Of a DNA stretch of 64,000 nt, positions 61,601 to 64,000 are shown one piece after another. Numbering within the stretch: position 1 is the stretch's first letter; every line of letters starts with the position of its first letter. The position numbers were made by a program, and so were the translations under genes. Location of the stretch: NCBI GenBank assembly GCA_965644315.1, contig CBFFRQ010000089.1:744001-808000 (forward strand). The letters are read 5' to 3'. The notes under the pieces were generated by a model, which was not told the origin of the DNA, made no database searches, and saw only the letters and a program-made list of their open reading frames with translations. The DNA is from Caecitellus pseudoparvulus (lineage: Eukaryota; Protista; Bigyra: Bicosoecida).

Positions 61601-63827
61601 CTCCATGACTGCCGTCTTCCTGGAGCGCGCGCAGCAGGCTCTGCACCTGGTGTGCGTGCTGGCCCACCCCGCCGCCAGGGTGGGAGTCGCCTTCCGCAGC
61701 CTGCCCAAGGACACGGCTGCCCGCGCCTCCACCCTGACCCTGGAGGAGGTCACGACGTCCACTGACCGCTCCCTCGTCGTGCGCCTCCTGCACAACGTGA
61801 CGGCGGCGCTGCAGGAGGCGCCCCGAGCTGGCACCGCCGGCAGCCCAGACAGCGTCCTGCACAGCCTCGCCGAGACGTTGGGCAACAAGTGCCCTGATTT
61901 CTTCGCGCCGGAGGATTCTGCACTGTGGAATGCGCTGCGGGAGCTGGATGCCGCGGCACGGCACTCTGCCGGAAACATTGACGGCCGGGCACGCCTGGTG
62001 GCGTCTGCCGTGCAGCGCACCCTGGATGCTGTCAGTGGCGGCCGCCTCTCTCGCTGCATCGCCACGGTGCTGCCCGTGTTCGAGCGCTTGGTGCGCCTGG
62101 GCGAGTGTGGCAAGGTCGTCACCATTGTGCTGCGCATGGTGCAGGTGGCCGAGGCGGACGTGTTCCGACATGAACATGAAGAACAGCAAGCCCTCCTGTC
62201 CCTGCTTGAGCGCGGTGTGGAGGGGGAGGGCCACCCCGTCGGCACGCGGGCGTTCAGTGCGCGCAAGCTGCTCGAAGCGTACGACGCAGACACTGCCGCT
62301 GGCACCGTGCGCTCCGCTGCTCTGGAGCGCAGCTGGGCGGCTGGGCTGGTGTGTGGGGCCATGCTGCACGCGTGGCAGACAGCCCTGAGCCTCGCCAGTG
62401 ACGCCGCTGCCAATGGCGCGCTGGTGCAGAAAGTCATCGCCTTCGCGCGGACACGGTCTGCGGGGCCGGAGCCCACGTCGGCTGCGCCCACTCACCGCCA
62501 GTTGCTGGCGTTCCTGGCCTGCACGACGCTGGACGTCGTTCGCACGTCCCACCCGCCCCTGCACTTCGCCTTGTACTGGTGGCTCAACACGACTTCCCCC
62601 GCCAACGCCACCCTGGCCACCGCCTCCGATGCGCTCAGCACGCTGCTCCTGCTGGACTCGGCCATCGTCCCGGTGTTCCTGCGTGACGGCGCCAAGGACC
62701 TCCCTCGCCTGCACTTGTACTACAAGGTGCAAGGCCTGCCTGTGCTCGCTGCCCGGGTGCAACACGCGCTGTACGAGAACACACGGGACACGGAGGTGGC
62801 CCTGGCTCACTTGCAACAGGCTGTGCAGGAGCTGGAGGCGGTGCAGGCTGATGCGCTGTCCGCGCAAACTGACATCAGCGGGGTCGTCGCGCGCTGGCGT
62901 GGGGAGCTGGCCGAGGCCACCCTGCAGAGCGGCATCCTTGCGAGCCTCACCGCCCGCCTGCAGCGTGGGGATGGCTCTGGTGCTGCGGCACCGCTGGCCG
63001 AGGCGGTGACGCGCTTGCAGCACAACCGCCTGCGCCCCGACGTGCTCATGGCAGTGTGCGAGGAACTGGGCGAGGTGGGGCACCAGCTCCGCGTCCTGCA
63101 CGTCATTGGCGCCCCCCAGAATGCGCCCCTGGTGTCCATGCTGTGGGAGCAGCTCGTCGCTTCCACCGAGCGCGAGTGCCAGGCAGCCGAGGCTGGCGGC
63201 GGAGCCACAGCAGGTAGCAGGCCACACTGGCGGAGCGTCGAGGCGCAGCTCATCGGGCGCGCCGGGCAACTTGGGCGCGAACTGTACACACCCCCAGAGC
63301 AGCTGCCAGCGGGGGCATTCACAGCGTTTCCAGTCAGCACGGTTGTCAGGGTGCTGGAGGAGCATGCGGTCGTTGCGGGCTGGGTGCGGTCTCCGGACTA
63401 CGATTGTGGGTGGGTGGCCCTGCAAGTGCTGGGTGAGGCGGGCGTGCCGTGGCTGGAGCGCTACCATGCGTACGCGGACCTCCTGGACCAGCGCTCGGCA
63501 GCTGATGCCACCACGCTCACGCTCATCCGTGCCACGCTGACTCTGGTCAAGGCGTGGGTGGAGGCTGCAAGCGCTCCACACAGCGGGGCCGCCACGGGGG
63601 AGCATGGCGCGCAAGTGCGGCACACCCTGTACGGCGCTGCGAACGGCATTCTGGGGGCACTGCAAGGGTGGTCTAGGCGAGTGGCTGCCGCCTGCGATGC
63701 CGTCGTGGATGTCCAAGCCAACGCAGAGGAAGAGGAGGCAGCTGTGAAACGTACGCGTGCGGCGCTTCGGGAGTTCTTGCAGAGGTGGGGCGGCATGGGC
63801 GGCGCGGGGGGTGGCTCGCTCTTGTAA
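58657..63827 (+). CDS. NUP155: Nucleoporin Nup155/Nup170
   Basis: Exon 1 (58657-58848), intron 58849-59147, then PLP...GLLAEIHRAWAVRDNRLVVW, VIRSLALVMPRPGVF..YLLVLATP, GRVFLAG..ELVY, VLTHAGV...RPVDQ, YSNKLRGI, CPDFF, FPV. The layout is a beta-propeller followed by an alpha-solenoid. Confidence 0.88.
58861..59030 (+). ncRNA. Unidentified structured intronic RNA element in NUP155 intron 1
   Basis: Closing stem ggaggg..tagcgcc / ggcgcta..ccctcc encloses hairpins ggggggg/cctctcc, ggctg/cggct, ggctga/tcggtt and ggagcgcg-gaaata-cagcg/cgctg-cgcgctcc. The intron is several times longer than typical for this window. Confidence 0.4.
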
Positions 63828-64000
63828 AGCGGTGCAAGTGCGCAATGCAAGGCATTATCCTGTGTTGCAGAGGTTGGAACCCTCATTCCCTTGCACCATG
63901 TGCGCCATGCTCTTTTCACAAAGTTCTCTCGAGAGCCGAAGAATTCGCGAATGAGTGTGCAGGCTGCCGCTCCCCACCCACCAGGCATTCTGCAAAGCCT

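Noticed and set aside
1-64000. Prokaryotic features (operons, CRISPR arrays, rRNA/tRNA genes)
   Set aside because: Spliceosomal introns and eukaryote-specific genes occur throughout. No repeat-spacer array or rRNA/tRNA gene was seen. The 18S-matching 12-mer at 17740-17751 is a snoRNA guide, not an rRNA fragment.

Overview
A gene-dense, GC-rich eukaryotic region with short GT-AG introns (mostly 60-130 nt) and tiny or overlapping intergenic gaps. It is probably from a flagellated protist, since a CEP43/FOP gene is present; the taxon cannot be fixed from sequence alone. About 18 protein-coding genes, in order: MUTYH (5'-truncated), CEP43/FOP, SLC33A1, a polyamine/amino-acid permease, an unusual kinesin with EF-hands, a secreted Cys-rich protein, CDC45, a nucleoplasmin-like acidic protein hosting intronic C/D snoRNAs, C1D, TDO2, a PPR-like protein, PDK1, a tandem pair of PAS-like regulators (only one with a Zn(II)2Cys6 cluster), a FAX/metaxin GST-like protein, two giant (~3,000 aa) RCC1-repeat/IPT/multi-TM receptor-like genes, a double-domain glutaminase and NUP155. 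The most striking structure is the tail-to-tail receptor pair. It forms an ~18 kb inverted repeat in which two near-identical constant blocks alternate with a diverged ectodomain and a diverged C-terminal tail, a geometry that could swap tails or promoters by inversion. Other highlights: a glutaminase fused to a catalytically degenerate copy of itself; a Zn2Cys6-PAS transcription factor beside a paralog lacking the DNA-binding domain; an snR77/SNORD65-like snoRNA; a structured element in a long NUP155 intron; and a PDK1 lacking the activation-loop serine. All exon boundaries were inferred by eye from splice motifs and frame continuity. No database searches or folding programs were run.
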